From the NCBI GenBank assembly GCA_963808955.1, contig CAWEHQ010000014.1, forward strand, positions 52,091-116,090: 64,000 bases of DNA, in the 5' to 3' direction. Every line of letters starts with the position of its first letter. Within the stretch, counting starts at the first letter, position 1. The stretch comes from an uncultured Thermoleophilaceae bacterium (GTDB lineage Bacteria > Actinomycetota > Thermoleophilia > Solirubrobacterales > Thermoleophilaceae). The position numbers and the translations under genes are program-made. Shown one piece after another: positions 38,627-50,418 of this stretch. The notes below the pieces were generated by a model. That model had not been told where the DNA came from and did not search any database. It saw nothing but the letters and a program-made list of their open reading frames with translations.

Positions 38627-39357
38627 GCTACGCGGCCGTCCTCTGGCGCCAGCTCCGCTTCGAGCGCAGGCTCTTCTGGCGCAACCCGAGCGCGGCGTTC
38701 TTCAACTTCCTGCTTCCGCTCCTCTTCCTGTTCCTGGTCGCCTCGGTCTACGCCGACGATCCGGAGCTGCTGGACGTCCTGATCCCCGGGATCGCCGGAC
38801 TGGCGATCGTGGCCACGACGTTCAGCTCACTGGCCTTCAACATCACGTTCCTCAGGGAGCAGGGGATTCTCAAGCGGATGCGCGGAACGCCGATGCCCAC
38901 GCCGCTCTATCTGGGCGGCCTGCTGGGCTCGGTGGTGCTCAACGCCGTGCTCCAGGTGATCCTGGTGGTGACGATCGGCAACGTGGTCTACGGCGTGTCG
39001 TGGCCCGAGGACCCGCTGTCGCTCGCGGTGTTCACGGTGGCGGGCGTCACCGCGTTCGCAGCACTCGGAATCGCGCTCTCGCAGGCGATCCCCAACGTCG
39101 ACTCGGCGGCCGCCTACGTGAACGTCGTATTCCTCCCACTGATCTTCATCTCGGGCGTCTTCTACTCGGCCGAGTCGCTCCCGCCGGTCCTCGAGGGTGT
39201 CGCGGACGCGCTGCCGCTCAAGCACGTCATCGACGGCCTGTCCGGCGCGATCGTCACGGGCGCGGGCGTGGCGGACAACGTCGCGGCGCTCGCCGTGGTG
39301 GGCGCGTGGGCCGCGGTCGGAATCTTCTTGGCGGTGCGGTTCTTCCGCTGGGAATAG
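38623..39357 (+). CDS. ABC-2 type transporter permease
   Basis: 244 aa with six hydrophobic segments, translationally coupled to the ATPase gene (ATGA overlap). FFNFLLPLLFLFLV...GILKRMRGTP matches the ABC-2 family pattern. Confidence 0.85.
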   Translation: MSYAAVLWRQLRFERRLFWRNPSAAFFNFLLPLLFLFLVASVYADDPELLDVLIPGIAGLAIVATTFSSLAFNITFLREQGILKRMRGTPMPTPLYLGGLLGSVVLNAVLQVILVVTIGNVVYGVSWPEDPLSLAVFTVAGVTAFAALGIALSQAIPNVDSAAAYVNVVFLPLIFISGVFYSAESLPPVLEGVADALPLKHVIDGLSGAIVTGAGVADNVAALAVVGAWAAVGIFLAVRFFRWE

Positions 39358-39371
39358 GGAGCGCGGCGAGC

Positions 39372-40382
39372 CTAGCCGCCCTCGTCCTGCCGGGCGGCTG
39401 TCCGGGACTCCTCCGTCGCACCGTCGCCGCTGGCGCGGGGCGCGCCGGAGCGCCCGTTTCCGCGCAGCATCGTGCCGATCGCCCCGAGGATCTGATCGGT
39501 CAGCTCCGAGCCCTCCGAGGGGATCAGCGGCGTGGCCGTCACCCGGACCACCACCTCGTCGTCGTCGATCTCCTCGAGCGCGATCTCCGGTCGCTTGCGG
39601 GTCTTGACCTCGACCTCCTCCTCGAGCAGGCGCTGAAGGTCGCTCGGCCGCGCGTCGACCGGCAGGCGCGCCCGGAGCTCCACCGAGTCCGGCTCCTTCA
39701 GCGGGACGATCCCCACGCTGATCACCACGTTGTTCGGCACCATGACCGTGTCCGCGCCGCGCTGGAAGGTCGTGTAGAGGAGGCCGAGCGAGGACACCAC
39801 GCCCTCGACCTCGCCGGCGAGCATCCCGCCCTGAAGCCGGACGCGCTCGCCGACCCGGAAGGGACGCGCGCTCAGGAGCAGCATGCCGGCGAAGACGTTT
39901 CCGATCGTCTGCTGCGCCGCGAGGCCGATCACCACCGCCGTGACCGCGCCTCCGACCGCGAGCGTCTCGGGCTTGAGCCCGGCCAGGCGGAGGGCGACCA
40001 GCAGCGTGAGGCCGATCGCGGCGAGCCGGATCAGGAAACCGACCGTGCCCGCTGTGCCGGGGTCGAGCCGGCGGAAGAGCCACGGCCTGGCCGCCCGCCC
40101 GATCGCCCGCGCAAATGCCCAACCGAGCACCATGAGGACCACGACCGCCACCACGCGGACGGCCACGTCGTTCCCGAACAGCTCGCTGCGCTGGCTGTAG
40201 AGCACAAGCACCGCCGCGATCAGCGGCAGGATCAGGATCGCGTCGCGGCGGGCCCGCCTGGTCTCCGCGGGGTCGACCTGGGCGTCGAGGCCGGCCTCGC
40301 GCCAGTAGTGCGTCTTCGTGTCGGGCATCCACGCCCGGGGGTCTCGGGGCGGCCGTGGGGGCATGGCGCCTAGGAGTATCAA
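39372..40382 (-). CDS. mechanosensitive ion channel family protein (MscS-like)
   Basis: TM helices, then IGNVFAGMLLLSARPFRVGERVRL...GEVEGVVSSLGLLYTTF...VMVPNNVV. Confidence 0.88.
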   Translation of the reverse strand: MILLGAMPPRPPRDPRAWMPDTKTHYWREAGLDAQVDPAETRRARRDAILILPLIAAVLVLYSQRSELFGNDVAVRVVAVVVLMVLGWAFARAIGRAARPWLFRRLDPGTAGTVGFLIRLAAIGLTLLVALRLAGLKPETLAVGGAVTAVVIGLAAQQTIGNVFAGMLLLSARPFRVGERVRLQGGMLAGEVEGVVSSLGLLYTTFQRGADTVMVPNNVVISVGIVPLKEPDSVELRARLPVDARPSDLQRLLEEEVEVKTRKRPEIALEEIDDDEVVVRVTATPLIPSEGSELTDQILGAIGTMLRGNGRSGAPRASGDGATEESRTAARQDEGG

Positions 40383-40406
40383 ACGAGAGTTAGACGGCGC
40401 AGCCGC

Positions 40407-41096
40407 TCATAGCCGCAGCGACGGCCCGTGCGCCCGCAGCCAGCGCTCGTGCGCGCGGTAGCGGGGCGACCGCGAGGCGAGCAGGCGCCAGAATCGCGGC
40501 GAATGGTCGAGCACGGCGAGGTGCGCGACCTCGTGCTCGATCACGTAGTCGAAGATCTCCTCCGGCGCGAGGAGGAGGCGCCAGTTGAAGCTCATGGCGC
40601 CCGACGACGAGCAGCTGGCCCAGCGCGTCCGCTGCGAGCGGATCGACAGGCGGCGGTAGCCCGTGCCCACCCGCGCCACGGCCGCGTCGAGCCGCAGCGT
40701 CACCTCCAGCCGGGCCTGCCTGCGGTACCAGCGCTCCAGAGCGTCGCGCACCGCTTCCACTCCCGGCTCGCTCACCTTCACCGTGAGCACGCGGCCGCGC
40801 AGCGCAACGTGAGGCCTGACCCGCCCGGGCTCGACGCGGATCCGCAGCGTCAGCTCGTCCCCCAGGTAGGGGACGAAGCCGCCGTCCTCGAGTAGCGGGG
40901 CCGGCCGCATGCGCTCCGCCTCGCGCAACCGACGAAGCGTGCGCTCGATCCAGGTCCGCTTCTCGCGCAGGAGCGGCTCGGCGCGGCGCACGGACATGCG
41001 CCGCGGAACCACAAGCTCCACCCCGTCCGGGGTCACCACCACGCGGGCGTGCCGTGCGCGGTCCGAGCGCCGCACCGTGTAGGGAATCTCGCTCAC
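40407..41096 (-). CDS. YgjP-like M48-superfamily metallohydrolase (DUF45)
   Basis: The start is at GTG 41096 (VSEIPYTVRRSDRARHARVVV). RWASCSSSGAMSFNWRL and YVIEHEVAHLAVLDHSPRFW (HExxH). Confidence 0.8.
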   Translation of the reverse strand: MSEIPYTVRRSDRARHARVVVTPDGVELVVPRRMSVRRAEPLLREKRTWIERTLRRLREAERMRPAPLLEDGGFVPYLGDELTLRIRVEPGRVRPHVALRGRVLTVKVSEPGVEAVRDALERWYRRQARLEVTLRLDAAVARVGTGYRRLSIRSQRTRWASCSSSGAMSFNWRLLLAPEEIFDYVIEHEVAHLAVLDHSPRFWRLLASRSPRYRAHERWLRAHGPSLRL

Positions 41097-41220
41097 GCCG
41101 ACCGACGATAGGAGGCGGGGCGGAGGGAGCCGCGGCCTCCAGCGGCCGTTTCGCTGGGTCCGCCCGGTGGGTCGACCACGCCCACCGAGAGTGATCCGGA
41201 GAACTGAGCAGTGGCCCGAA

Positions 41221-42627
41221 TCACTTCGAAGAGGACTGGCCCTCTCGCCCGCCGGCGATCGCCTCGTCGTACACACGCGCCACCCCCTCGGCGAGCGCAG
41301 GCCACGAGTAGCTGGCGCGGGCGGTCTCGTAGGCCGCGCGGCCGCGGCGCTCGCGCTCGTCGTCCGAGCCCACCGCCTCCACGAGCGCCTCCGCCATCGC
41401 GGCCTCGTCGTCCGCCGGCACGAGCCAGCCGGTCTCGCCGTCGTCCACGATCGTCGCAGGGCCGTGCGCGTCGACCGCGATCGCCGGCAGGCCGCAGGCC
41501 ATCCCCTCGACGATCACCTGCCCGAACTGCTCGTGCACCGAGGGCAGCACCGTCACGTCGGCCGCGTTCAGGCCGTCCGGGAGGTCCTCGTGCCCGCGCC
41601 AGCCGGCCAGGAAGACGTCGCTCACACCGGTCTCGCGGATCACCGCGGCGGGGTGCTCCCCTTCCCACTCCCCGGGGTAGCCGCCGAGGAGCACGAGCGG
41701 GGACCGCCGCGGGAACCGGTCCCGCGCGCGGGCGTATGCTCGGATGAGTAGCGGCAGCCGCTTGACCTCCGTGTAGCGCCCCACGTAGACGAGCGCGGGT
41801 CCGTCGCGAAACGCGTCGAGCTGATCCTCGCCGTAGCGCACGCTTCCCACCTCGCCCGACTCGTCCCAGCCCTGGGGGTCGTCGACGAGCCAGCGCCGCC
41901 ACAGCGCGATTCGCTCCTCGCCGACGATCGGGCGGCGGTCGAAGGCTTTCGGGTCGAACCCGTTGGGCGACCAGACCACGCGATCCGGGTCCACTCCCAG
42001 CACGTCCGGTACCCGGCGCACGGCGTCGGGCGACAGGACCAGCAGGCGCTCGCAGCGCCGGGCCCAGCCGCGCAGCCGTTCCGCCCACGCCGCCGCGTGG
42101 GTCCACTCGGGGGGCGGGCCCGCGTCGATGTCCCGCAGCATCAGGAGCTCGGTGCCATGGAGGTGGCCCACGACCGGCATCCCGGGCAACGAGCGCCGGG
42201 CGGCCTCGTTGATCGGCGTCAGGTGATGGAGGTGGAGGACGTCGGCGCCGCGGGCGTTCGCCGCCCGCAGCTCACGCTCCCAGGCCGCGACCAGCCGCTC
42301 GAAGCCGGGGTCGTCGACGCGCGCGAAGACGCGGTCGGGGGCGTCGGCACGATCCTCGTACGACGGGTGGAACGGAGGATCGGCGGCCAGCGGGTCGGGG
42401 GCGGTCGCCGACTCCGTGTAGTCGACGGACTGGATCCGCAGGCCCGAGAAGAACGTCTCGGCGTTGGACGGCGCGCCCGGGGGACCCAGCGATCCGGTGA
42501 CGATGTCCACGTCCCATCCGGCATCGGGCAGCGACCGTGCGAGGTAGCGGGCCACCTGCGACGAGCCGCCGCGGGGGAAGAAGAGGAGGCCCATCAGCGC
42601 GCGGCGGGCGTCCCTGCCAGTCGTCAT
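41221..42627 (-). CDS. glycosyltransferase family 4 (GT-B fold)
   Basis: The start is at MTTGRDA (42627). LFFPRGGSSQVARYL, LHLHHLTP, VYVGRYTEVKRL, and LPSVHEQFGQVIVEGMACGLP (the EX7E region). Confidence 0.8.
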   Translation of the reverse strand: MTTGRDARRALMGLLFFPRGGSSQVARYLARSLPDAGWDVDIVTGSLGPPGAPSNAETFFSGLRIQSVDYTESATAPDPLAADPPFHPSYEDRADAPDRVFARVDDPGFERLVAAWERELRAANARGADVLHLHHLTPINEAARRSLPGMPVVGHLHGTELLMLRDIDAGPPPEWTHAAAWAERLRGWARRCERLLVLSPDAVRRVPDVLGVDPDRVVWSPNGFDPKAFDRRPIVGEERIALWRRWLVDDPQGWDESGEVGSVRYGEDQLDAFRDGPALVYVGRYTEVKRLPLLIRAYARARDRFPRRSPLVLLGGYPGEWEGEHPAAVIRETGVSDVFLAGWRGHEDLPDGLNAADVTVLPSVHEQFGQVIVEGMACGLPAIAVDAHGPATIVDDGETGWLVPADDEAAMAEALVEAVGSDDERERRGRAAYETARASYSWPALAEGVARVYDEAIAGGREGQSSSK

Positions 42628-42700
42628 GCCCGGGCAAGCTAACCGCGGCGGGGGATGGGGCCCGTCCTGCCGCCGCAGCCGGTCGGGCATCATTCGTGGC

Positions 42701-43141
42701 ATGGCGCCCCGGCTCGTGGGGATCAACCACGTCGCGGTCGAGGTCGACGACCTCGACGAGGCGCTCGCCTTCTACGGCCGCGTGTTCGAGTTCGAGCTGC
42801 GCGGGCGGGTGCCCGGCATGGCGTTCGTCGACATGGGCGACCAGTTCCTCGCAGTGTCGGAGCCCAGATCACAGGCGCCGGACGGAGCTCGCCACATCGG
42901 ACTGGTGGTCGACGACAAGGCTGCGGCGCGGCGCGCGCTCGAGGAGGCCGGCGCGGAGATCCTCCCCGGTCGCGGGCTGGACTTCCGCGACCCGTGGGGA
43001 AACCACTTCCAGGTGGTCGAGTACGGAGAGATCCAGTTCAGCAAGGCGCCAGGGGTGCTGCGCGGGATGGACCTGGACTCGCTCGACAAGACGGACGCGG
43101 CACTCGAAGAGCTGCGCCGGAAGGGACTCGACCCGGACTAG
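42701..43141 (+). CDS. VOC (glyoxalase/bleomycin resistance/dioxygenase) family protein
   Basis: INHVAVEVDDLDEALAFYGRVFEFEL...HIGLVVDD...FRDPWGNHFQVVEY. Confidence 0.85.
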   Translation: MAPRLVGINHVAVEVDDLDEALAFYGRVFEFELRGRVPGMAFVDMGDQFLAVSEPRSQAPDGARHIGLVVDDKAAARRALEEAGAEILPGRGLDFRDPWGNHFQVVEYGEIQFSKAPGVLRGMDLDSLDKTDAALEELRRKGLDPD

Positions 43142-43153
43142 ATCCGGTCGCTC

Positions 43154-43971
43154 TCAGATGATCGTCGGGACCGAGCCGCCGTCCACGGACCAGGCGGCAC
43201 CCGCCACGTTCGAGGCGCGCTCCGAGCAGAGGAACACGATCACCGCGGCGATCTCCGCGTCGGTTCCAAGCCGCCCCGTGGGCACCTTGCCGCGGGCGGC
43301 CTCGAGCGCCTCCTCGCGTGACACTCCGCGCGCCTTGGCGCTCTGGTCGGCGAGCCCGCCGGGGGCCATCCAGAGACCGGTCTCGGTCGGTCCCGGCGCC
43401 ACGGCGTTCACGAGCACGCCCCGCGACGCGTAGGAGTCGGCGAATGCGCGCGACAGCGACAGCTGAGCCGCCTTGCCGACCGTGTACGCGACGTTCGTGA
43501 GCGACGGCCGCTTGCCCGACGAGGATGAGATGTTCACGATCCGTCCACCCCCCCGTTCGGCCATTCGGGGCGCCGCCGCCCGCATCAGCCGTAGCGAAGC
43601 CATCACGTTGAGCTCCCAGTGGTCCTGGAAGTCCTGGTCGGTGAGCTCCTCGAGCGGACGCACGCTGCTCGTGCCCGCCCCGGCCACCGCCGCCCATGGC
43701 TCCCCGAGCCGCGCGACGCACGTTTGCACGAGCCGATCTCCCGCATCGGGAGCCGTCACGTCGAGCGCCAGATGCTCGACCTCCGCCGCGTTGCCGGCTC
43801 GTTCGGCCTGCGTCCGCGCGGCCGACGCGGCATCGCGGAGGTCCTCCTCGCCGCGCGCTGCCATGCAGCACGTGGGCGCCCTCGGCGACGAGCATGAGGG
43901 CGGTCGCCCGCCCGATGCCGCGGCTCGCCCCGGTCACGATGCAGGGCCTTCCGGCGAGTCCCAGGTCCATG
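43154..43971 (-). pseudogene. SDR family oxidoreductase, one frameshift near 43865
   Basis: MDLGLAGRPCIVTGASRGIGRATALMLVAEGAHV, then (shift) ARGEEDL...NISSSSGKRPSLTNVAYTVGKAAQLSL (YxxxK)...VNAVAPGPT. Confidence 0.85.
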
Positions 43972-44031
43972 CCGCAATGATGCCCATGTGGCGTGCCGGG
44001 GGCGCGCCGAACCCGACCGAGGAGCCGGCCG

Positions 44032-44494
44032 ATGAAGTCGCACACCGTCTACAGGACCTTCAACACCGATCAGCGACGCGAGTTCGTGCGGATAACCGAG
44101 GACGTGGCGGAGGCGGTGCGCGCGGCCGGCATCGCCGAGGGAATGGTGCTCGTTTCGGCCATGCACATCACCGCCGGGGTGTGGGTGAACGACGACGAGC
44201 CCGGCATCCAGGCCGACGCACTCGAGTGGCTCGACAAGGTGGCGCCGCCGAGCTGGCGGCCTGCCGGCCAACGACGTGGCCCGGGAGCTACTGCCCGAGG
44301 GGGGCGACTACCGCCACCACCGCGGCGGCGAGGACAACGGCGACGCCCACCTCAAGAACCTGCTCGTCCACCACCAGGTGATCGTGCCGGTCACCGAAGG
44401 CTCACTCGACCTGGGGCCCTGGCAGGCGATCTTCTACACCGAGTTCGACGGCGGCCGCCCGAAGCGCCTGGTGATCAAGGTGATGGGCGAGTAG
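44032..44494 (+). pseudogene. YjbQ family (secondary thiamine-phosphate synthase, UPF0047) protein, one frameshift near 44265
   Basis: [42 protein letters not shown], then (shift) [64 protein letters not shown]. Confidence 0.85.
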
Positions 44495-44566
44495 CGACGG
44501 CGTCGCGTAACGCGGCGTTGGCGGCGCCGTTGCACCCGTCACGGCGAGAACGGCGGAGGGCGGACT

Positions 44567-46168
44567 TCAGTCCAGGTGCTCGTAGGCCGGAAGCGTCAGG
44601 AACTCCACGAACTGGTCGGACAGCGCCACGGCCTCGAACAGGCTCCGCGACTCCTCGGGCCGGCCCTCGCTGAAGAAGAACTCGTCGCCCACCTCGGCGC
44701 GGATCTTCTCCAGCTCGTCGGTGGCGAGCTCGCGCACGAGCTCGCGGGTGACGGTGCGGCCGTCTTCCAGCTCCGCTCCGTGCCGGATCCACTGCCAGAC
44801 CTGCGAGCGCGCGATCTCGGCGGTCGCGGCGTCCTCCATCATGTTGTGGATCGCGGCCGCGCCGTTGCCGCGCAGCCACGAGGAGATGTACTGGATGCCG
44901 ACGTTCACGTCGTTGCGGAGGCCGTCCTCGGTGAGGTCGCCCGGGGTGGCCGGCACGGCGAGCAGCTCGTCCGCGCCGACGGACACGTCGTCGCGCTGGC
45001 GGTCGACCTGGTTGGGCCGGTCGCCGAGCACGGCGTCGAACTCCTCGAGCGCGACCGGAACCAGGTCCGGGTGCGCGACCCAGGTGCCGTCGAAGCCGTC
45101 GCCGGCCTCGCGCGACTTGTCGTCGCGGACACTCGCGATCGCCTTGTCGTTGATCTCGGGCGTCCGTCGGCTCGGGATGAACGCCGCCATCCCGCCCATC
45201 GCGTGCGCGCCACGACGGTGGCACGTCCTCACCAGGAGCTCGGTGTACGCGCGCATGAACGGCACGGTCATCGTCACTGCGGAGCGATCCGGCAGCACGA
45301 AGTCCGCCCGCTCCCGGAAGCGCTTGATCGCGGAGAAGATGTAGTCCCAGCGCCCGGCGTTGAGCCCGGCGGAGTGGTCGCGCAGCTCGTACAGGATCTC
45401 GTCCATCTCGAACGCCGCCGGCAGCGTCTCGATCAGCACCGTGGCGCGCGCGGTCCCGCGCTCCACGCCCAGCGCGTCCTCGGCGAGGCTGAAGGCGTCC
45501 TTCCACATCCGCGCCTCGAGGTGGCTCTCCATCTTGGGCAGGTAGAAGTAGGGACCTGATCCGCGCTCGAGGAGCTCGCGGGCGTTGCGGTGGAAGTACA
45601 GGGCGAAGTCCGCCAGCCCGCCCGCCACCGGATGCCCGTTGATGACGATGTGCTTCTCGAGCAGGTGCCAGCCGCGCGGCCGCACGAGCAGGGTGGCGGT
45701 CTCCTCCTCGAGGCGGTACTGCTTGCCCTCGTCGGATTCGAACTCGATCGTCCGGCGGATCGCGTCGGCCAGGTTCACCTGCCCGCCGATCATGTTTCGC
45801 CACGTGGGCGAGTTCGAGTCCTCGAAGTCGGCCATGAAGCCGCTGGCGCCGGAGTTGAGCGCATTGATCACCATCTTGCGGTCGGTCGGGCCGGTGATCT
45901 CGACCCGGCGGTCGCTCAGTGCCGGCGGCGGCGCAGCGACCATCCAGTCGCCCTCGCGGATCTCTCGCGTGGCGGCGAGGAAGTCGAGCGTGCCGCCCGC
46001 GTCGAGCTCCGCCTGGCGCGCCTGACGCGCCTGGAGCAGCTCGCGCCGACGCTGCTCGAGCTCACGGTGGAGCGTCGCGAGCAGCTCGAGCGCCGGCGCC
46101 GTCAGGATCTCCTCGTAGCGCTCCTCCAGCGGCCCGCGGACCTCCACGCCGGCGACGTCAACGGCCAT
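44567..46168 (-). CDS. aceB: malate synthase A
   Basis: 533 aa. [58 protein letters not shown], and [12 protein letters not shown]. Confidence 0.93.
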   Translation of the reverse strand: MAVDVAGVEVRGPLEERYEEILTAPALELLATLHRELEQRRRELLQARQARQAELDAGGTLDFLAATREIREGDWMVAAPPPALSDRRVEITGPTDRKMVINALNSGASGFMADFEDSNSPTWRNMIGGQVNLADAIRRTIEFESDEGKQYRLEEETATLLVRPRGWHLLEKHIVINGHPVAGGLADFALYFHRNARELLERGSGPYFYLPKMESHLEARMWKDAFSLAEDALGVERGTARATVLIETLPAAFEMDEILYELRDHSAGLNAGRWDYIFSAIKRFRERADFVLPDRSAVTMTVPFMRAYTELLVRTCHRRGAHAMGGMAAFIPSRRTPEINDKAIASVRDDKSREAGDGFDGTWVAHPDLVPVALEEFDAVLGDRPNQVDRQRDDVSVGADELLAVPATPGDLTEDGLRNDVNVGIQYISSWLRGNGAAAIHNMMEDAATAEIARSQVWQWIRHGAELEDGRTVTRELVRELATDELEKIRAEVGDEFFFSEGRPEESRSLFEAVALSDQFVEFLTLPAYEHLD

Positions 46169-47474
46169 TCGCGCCTCCTTCGATCGACATTCTCAAGAGC
46201 TCCACCGGGTGGTAGACGGGTAGCGCTCGTCCTGCGCGCTCGAGATGCGCCGTGAGCTGGAGCGTGCAGCCCGGGTTACCGGCAGCGATCGCGTCCGCGC
46301 CGGTGTCGAGCAGGTTGGCGGCCTTACGCCGGCCGAGCTCGTCGGCTGCTTCGGGCTTGACGAGGTTGTAGATCCCGGCGGAGCCGCAGCAGATCTCCCA
46401 CTCGGCCGGCTCCAGCACCTCCAGTCCGGGCACCACAGCGAGCAACTCGCGCGGCTGACGACGGACGCCCTGGGCGTGGGCCAGATGGCAGGCGTCGTGG
46501 TAGGCGACCTTCATTTCGACCGGCGCTCGGCCCGCCATCGGCTCGTGCTCGGCGAGCAGCTCGGTCACGTCGCGTGCCCTTGCCCCGAGCGCCGCCGCGC
46601 GCTCGCGCCAAGCGGGCTCCTCGCGAAGCAGATGCTCGTAGTCCTTGATCGCCGAGCCGCAGCCGGCGGCGTTCACCACCACGTGGTCGTAGCGCTCGAA
46701 GGCGGCGATCGTGGCCTTGGCCAGCTTCACCGCCCCGTCCTGCTCGCCCGCGTGGAGCTGCAGTGCGCCGCAGCAGCGCGGGGTGCGTGGCGCGTGGACC
46801 TCGAATCCCTCGGCGGCGAGGACCGCCACGGTGGCCTCGTTCACGTCTCCGAAGAAGACCCGCTGCACGCATCCCTGTAGGAAGCCGACCCGGCCGCGGC
46901 GAGGCCCCTTGGCCGGCGTAACGGCGGGCAGGCGCCGCACGGCGGCGCGGGCACCGACATCAGGCGCCAGCTGCTCGAACGTGCGCAGCGTGGGAAAGCG
47001 ATCCAGCAGGCGGCTTCGAGACACGGCGCCCGCGAGACCGGACCGCCGGTAAGCCGCCAGGACCGGCGCGGAGGCGCGAAGCCGCGCCGGATGCGGGAAC
47101 GTCTCGAACAGCAGCCTGCGCAGCAGCCGCTCGCGCCGCGAGCGCGGGTGCTTCTGTTCGACCTGGGCGCGGGTGTCCTCGATCAGCTTGTCGTACTGCA
47201 CCCCGGAGGGGCACGCCGTGACGCACGCCATGCAGCCGAGGCAGTTGTCGAAGTGGTCGACCATCGTCGGCGTGAGCTCGCTTCCCTCCTCATGGCCGAG
47301 CCGCATCAGCACGATCCGACCGCGCGGCGAGTCCATCTCCTCGCCCCAAAGCGCGTAGGTAGGGCAGGTCGGAAGGCAGAAGCCGCAGTGCACGCAGTCG
47401 CCGATCAGGTCGAGCTCGGGCGGCATGCGGTCGTCCCACGCGCGGTCAGGTTCGGTGGGCGTGCCCGTGGACAC
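46158..47474 (-). CDS. glcF: glycolate oxidase iron-sulfur subunit GlcF ((Fe-S)-binding protein with two CCG domains)
   Basis: [14 protein letters not shown] and [15 protein letters not shown] are the two 4Fe-4S motifs. [10 protein letters not shown] and CCGSAGIYN are the CCG motifs. Confidence 0.9.
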   Translation of the reverse strand: MSTGTPTEPDRAWDDRMPPELDLIGDCVHCGFCLPTCPTYALWGEEMDSPRGRIVLMRLGHEEGSELTPTMVDHFDNCLGCMACVTACPSGVQYDKLIEDTRAQVEQKHPRSRRERLLRRLLFETFPHPARLRASAPVLAAYRRSGLAGAVSRSRLLDRFPTLRTFEQLAPDVGARAAVRRLPAVTPAKGPRRGRVGFLQGCVQRVFFGDVNEATVAVLAAEGFEVHAPRTPRCCGALQLHAGEQDGAVKLAKATIAAFERYDHVVVNAAGCGSAIKDYEHLLREEPAWRERAAALGARARDVTELLAEHEPMAGRAPVEMKVAYHDACHLAHAQGVRRQPRELLAVVPGLEVLEPAEWEICCGSAGIYNLVKPEAADELGRRKAANLLDTGADAIAAGNPGCTLQLTAHLERAGRALPVYHPVELLRMSIEGGANGR

Positions 47475-47641
47475 CGCTAGATGATTGATTCTGCGGCCAC
47501 GCGGGTCTGGGGGCGATTCTGGCCGGCCGGGTCAAGGACGCAGCGTCCGTGGCATGCACGAGTGCACGCGAGGACGCGAGGACGACGAGCCGGACGAGCC
47601 AGAATCGCCATCCAGGCGGGTGGGGTCGCGGGATCAGTCAT

Positions 47642-48811
47642 CTATATGCCTCCGACGAACACGCCCGGGTTGCAGACGCCCTCGGGATCGAAGCGGGCCT
47701 TGAGCCGCCGCGATGAGGGTCAGCCGGCCGCCCTCGGGCTCGCCCCACACGTCCAGTGCACCGCGGACGGCCTCCGGGGCGTCGAGCACCACACACGGAT
47801 ACGGCTCCAGGGTCCGGCGCAGGTCCAAGATCGAGTCAGCAAGGGATTCGGGGTCGTCGCCCGGCAGCGTCAGCCAGCAGAGGGCATGGGCGGCTCGCCC
47901 CACGACGCCGGCGCCGGCTCGATCGGCGGCGCGCAGCACGTCTCCGAGCCCCGTCTGGAGCGCCGACACCTTGACCACCGCTCCCCGGCTCGAGCGCTGG
48001 CGACGCCGCTGCTCCGCCCACAGCGCTTCATCCTCCTCGACGAACGACGTCGCAACGTCGGCACGCGCCTCGTCCACAAGATGCATCGCCGACGTGGCCT
48101 GGTCCTGCGCCGCGGCGCCACCGAAGCGGGCAAGCACCGCGCCTTGGCCGTCGGACCAGCGCAGGTCGAGGCACTCCGTCTCGAGCGGCGAGTGCGCGAG
48201 CGTGGATGCCGCTACTCCGAGCGCATCGATGTCGTTGCTCTCGGCGACCGCCGTTGCGTTCGCGTCCGGCAGCGGGTGCAGGCGCACAGAGACCTGCGCG
48301 ATCAGCCCAAGCGTGCCGAACGCACCCGTGAAGAGCTTCGCCAGGTCGTAGCCGGCCACGTTCTTGATCACCTTGCCGCCGGAACGCGCCACGCTCCCGT
48401 CGGCGAGCGCCAGCGACGCGCCGACGATCAGGTCGCGCGGCGCCCCGTAGCGATGGCGCAGCGGTCCCGCGTCGGCCGTGGCGAAGACCCCGCCGACGGT
48501 GGCCGAATCGCCCTCTCCAAGCGGCGGGTCGAGCGCGAGCATCTGCCCCGCCCCGGCGAACGTCCGCTGCGCCTCGGTCAGGGTCACGCCGCTTTCGAGC
48601 ACGGCGGTGAAGTCACCCTCGTTGTGCTCCACGACTCGCACGGGCCCTCCGTGGAGAGCTCCACCTCGGGCGCTGCGCCGGGATTGCCCCATGGCTTCGT
48701 GCCGGCGCCGGCGATGCGGACGGCCCGTTCGGCGCTCGCCGCCGCCTTCATGACGGACGCCGCCTCCTGGCCGGATGCCGGTGCCTCGCGTCTGAGGCTC
48801 GCGATGGCCAC
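47642..48811 (-). pseudogene. glcE: glycolate oxidase FAD-binding subunit GlcE, frame-disrupted as sequenced (shifts near 48650 and 47715)
   Basis: RAVRIAGAGTKPWG (48584..48811 frame), then VEHNEGDFTAVLESGVTLTEAQ...GGKVIKNVAGYDLAKLFTGAFGTLG (47634..49421 frame), then a hand-translated tail RRLKARFDPEGVCNPGVFVGGI-stop at 47642. Confidence 0.82.
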
Positions 48812-50370
48812 TAGAATCGCTCGGCGAGGCCGGCCCGCTCGAGCGGATGCTGGCGGTAGGGCCCGGGACCTCGCCGCACAGGCGCGGAGTGGGCATGACC
48901 TTGCCGGGGTTGGCGAGCCCCGGCGGGTCCAAGGCGCATCGAAGCTTCTGGAACGCCTCCAGGTCCGGCTCCTCGAACATCCGCTTCATGTAGCGCTTCT
49001 TGTCGAAGCCGACGCCGTGCTCGCCGGTGATCGAGCCGCCGGCGTCGACGCACACCTGCAGGATCTCGGCCGAGAGCTCCTCGGCACGCTCGGCGTTCTC
49101 GTCGCCCTCGTAGCAGACAAGCGGGTGCAGGTTGCCGTCGCCGGCGTGGAACACGTTCGCCACCGGCATGTCGTACTCATCGGCCAGGGAGGCGATCTGG
49201 CCCATCACCTCCGGGAGCTTCGTGCGCGGGATCACGCCGTCCTGGACGTAGTAGTTCGGTCGCCACCCGGCCCATCGCCGCGAACGCCGCCTTGCGCGCT
49301 TTCCACATCGTCTGGCGCTCGGCCTCCGACTGCGCGACGCGCACCTCGTTCGCCCCGGAGCTCTCGCAGCGGCGCACGACGTCGTCGAATCGGGCCTCGC
49401 ATTCGGCCTTCGAGCCGTCAAGCTCGATGATCAGTGCCGCGCCCGCGTCCTCGGGGAAGCCGGCGCCGGTGGCGGCCTCCGATGCTCTGATCGCGAGCGG
49501 GTCCATCATCTCGATCGCACCGGGGACCACGCCCGCCGACACGATCTCCGAGACGGCCGACCCGGCGTCGGCGGTCGAGTCGAAGAACGCCACCATCGTC
49601 TTGACGGCCTCGGGCGAGGGGGTGATGCGGACCGTGATCTTGGTCGCGATGCCGAGCGTGCCCTCGGACCCGACGAACGCCCCGAGCAGGTCGTAGCCGG
49701 GTCGCTCGAGCTCCTTGCCCCCGAGCTGCACCACCTCGCCGTCCGAGAGCACGACCTCGAGGCCCGTGACGTAGTTGGTCGTGAACCCGTACTTGAAGCA
49801 GTGCGCGCCGCCGCTGTTCTCGGCCACGTTGCCGCCGATCGAGCAGACGATCTGGCTCGAGGGGTCGGGCGGGTAGAAGTGGCCGGCGGCCGCCACCGCC
49901 TGCGAGACCTCGACGTTTGTGACACCGGGCTCGACCGTCATGCGCTGGTTCGCCACGTCCACGTCGAGCACGCGACGCATGCGCGAAACGGCGATCAGCA
50001 CGCCGTTCTCGACGGGCAGGGCGCCGCCCGAGAGGCCCGATCCGGCGCCGCGGGCAACCCACGGGACCTCGGCCTCGTAGCACGCGCGGACGATCGCGCG
50101 TACCTCGTCCGCCTCGACGGGAAGCACCACCGCCGCGGGCGTGACCTTGTACTGGAGCAGCCCATCCGACTCGTAGGTCCTGGTCTGGTGGGGATGCGTG
50201 TAGACGTGCTCGCGGCCCGCGATCCCTCGCAGACGCTCCACGAGCCGAGCCATGACCGCCGGCTCGACCGCGCGCTCGCCGGCCTCGCGCCCATCCTCCG
50301 CCGCCTGGCCCGGCCCCACCAGGGCCGCGTCCTGATCGCCCGCGACGTTCTTGTGGTCCGTGCTGCTCAC
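48811..50370 (-). pseudogene. glcD: glycolate oxidase subunit GlcD (FAD-linked oxidase), frame-disrupted as sequenced (shifts near 49255 and 48855)
   Basis: VVLPVEADEVRAIVRACYEAEVPWVARGAGSGLSGGALP, CSIGGNVAENSGGAHCFKYG (49177..50370 frame), then NYYVQDGVIPRTKL...HAGDGNLHP...GSITGEHGVG...NPGKV (second frame), and a tail ending ERF-stop at 48811 (third frame). Confidence 0.85.
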
Positions 50371-50418
50371 CTACGCGAGTTGTACCCCGTCGGCGCCAAC
50401 CTCAACGGCCGCGCCGTC

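Noticed and set aside
47634-47644. Shared 11-mer tcagtcatcta at the glcE 3' end (47634-47644) and just upstream of lutA (52374-52384) as a common regulatory motif.
   Set aside because: By a rough estimate, hundreds of 11-mer coincidences are expected by chance among all position pairs in a 64-kb window, and there is no extended similarity around them.
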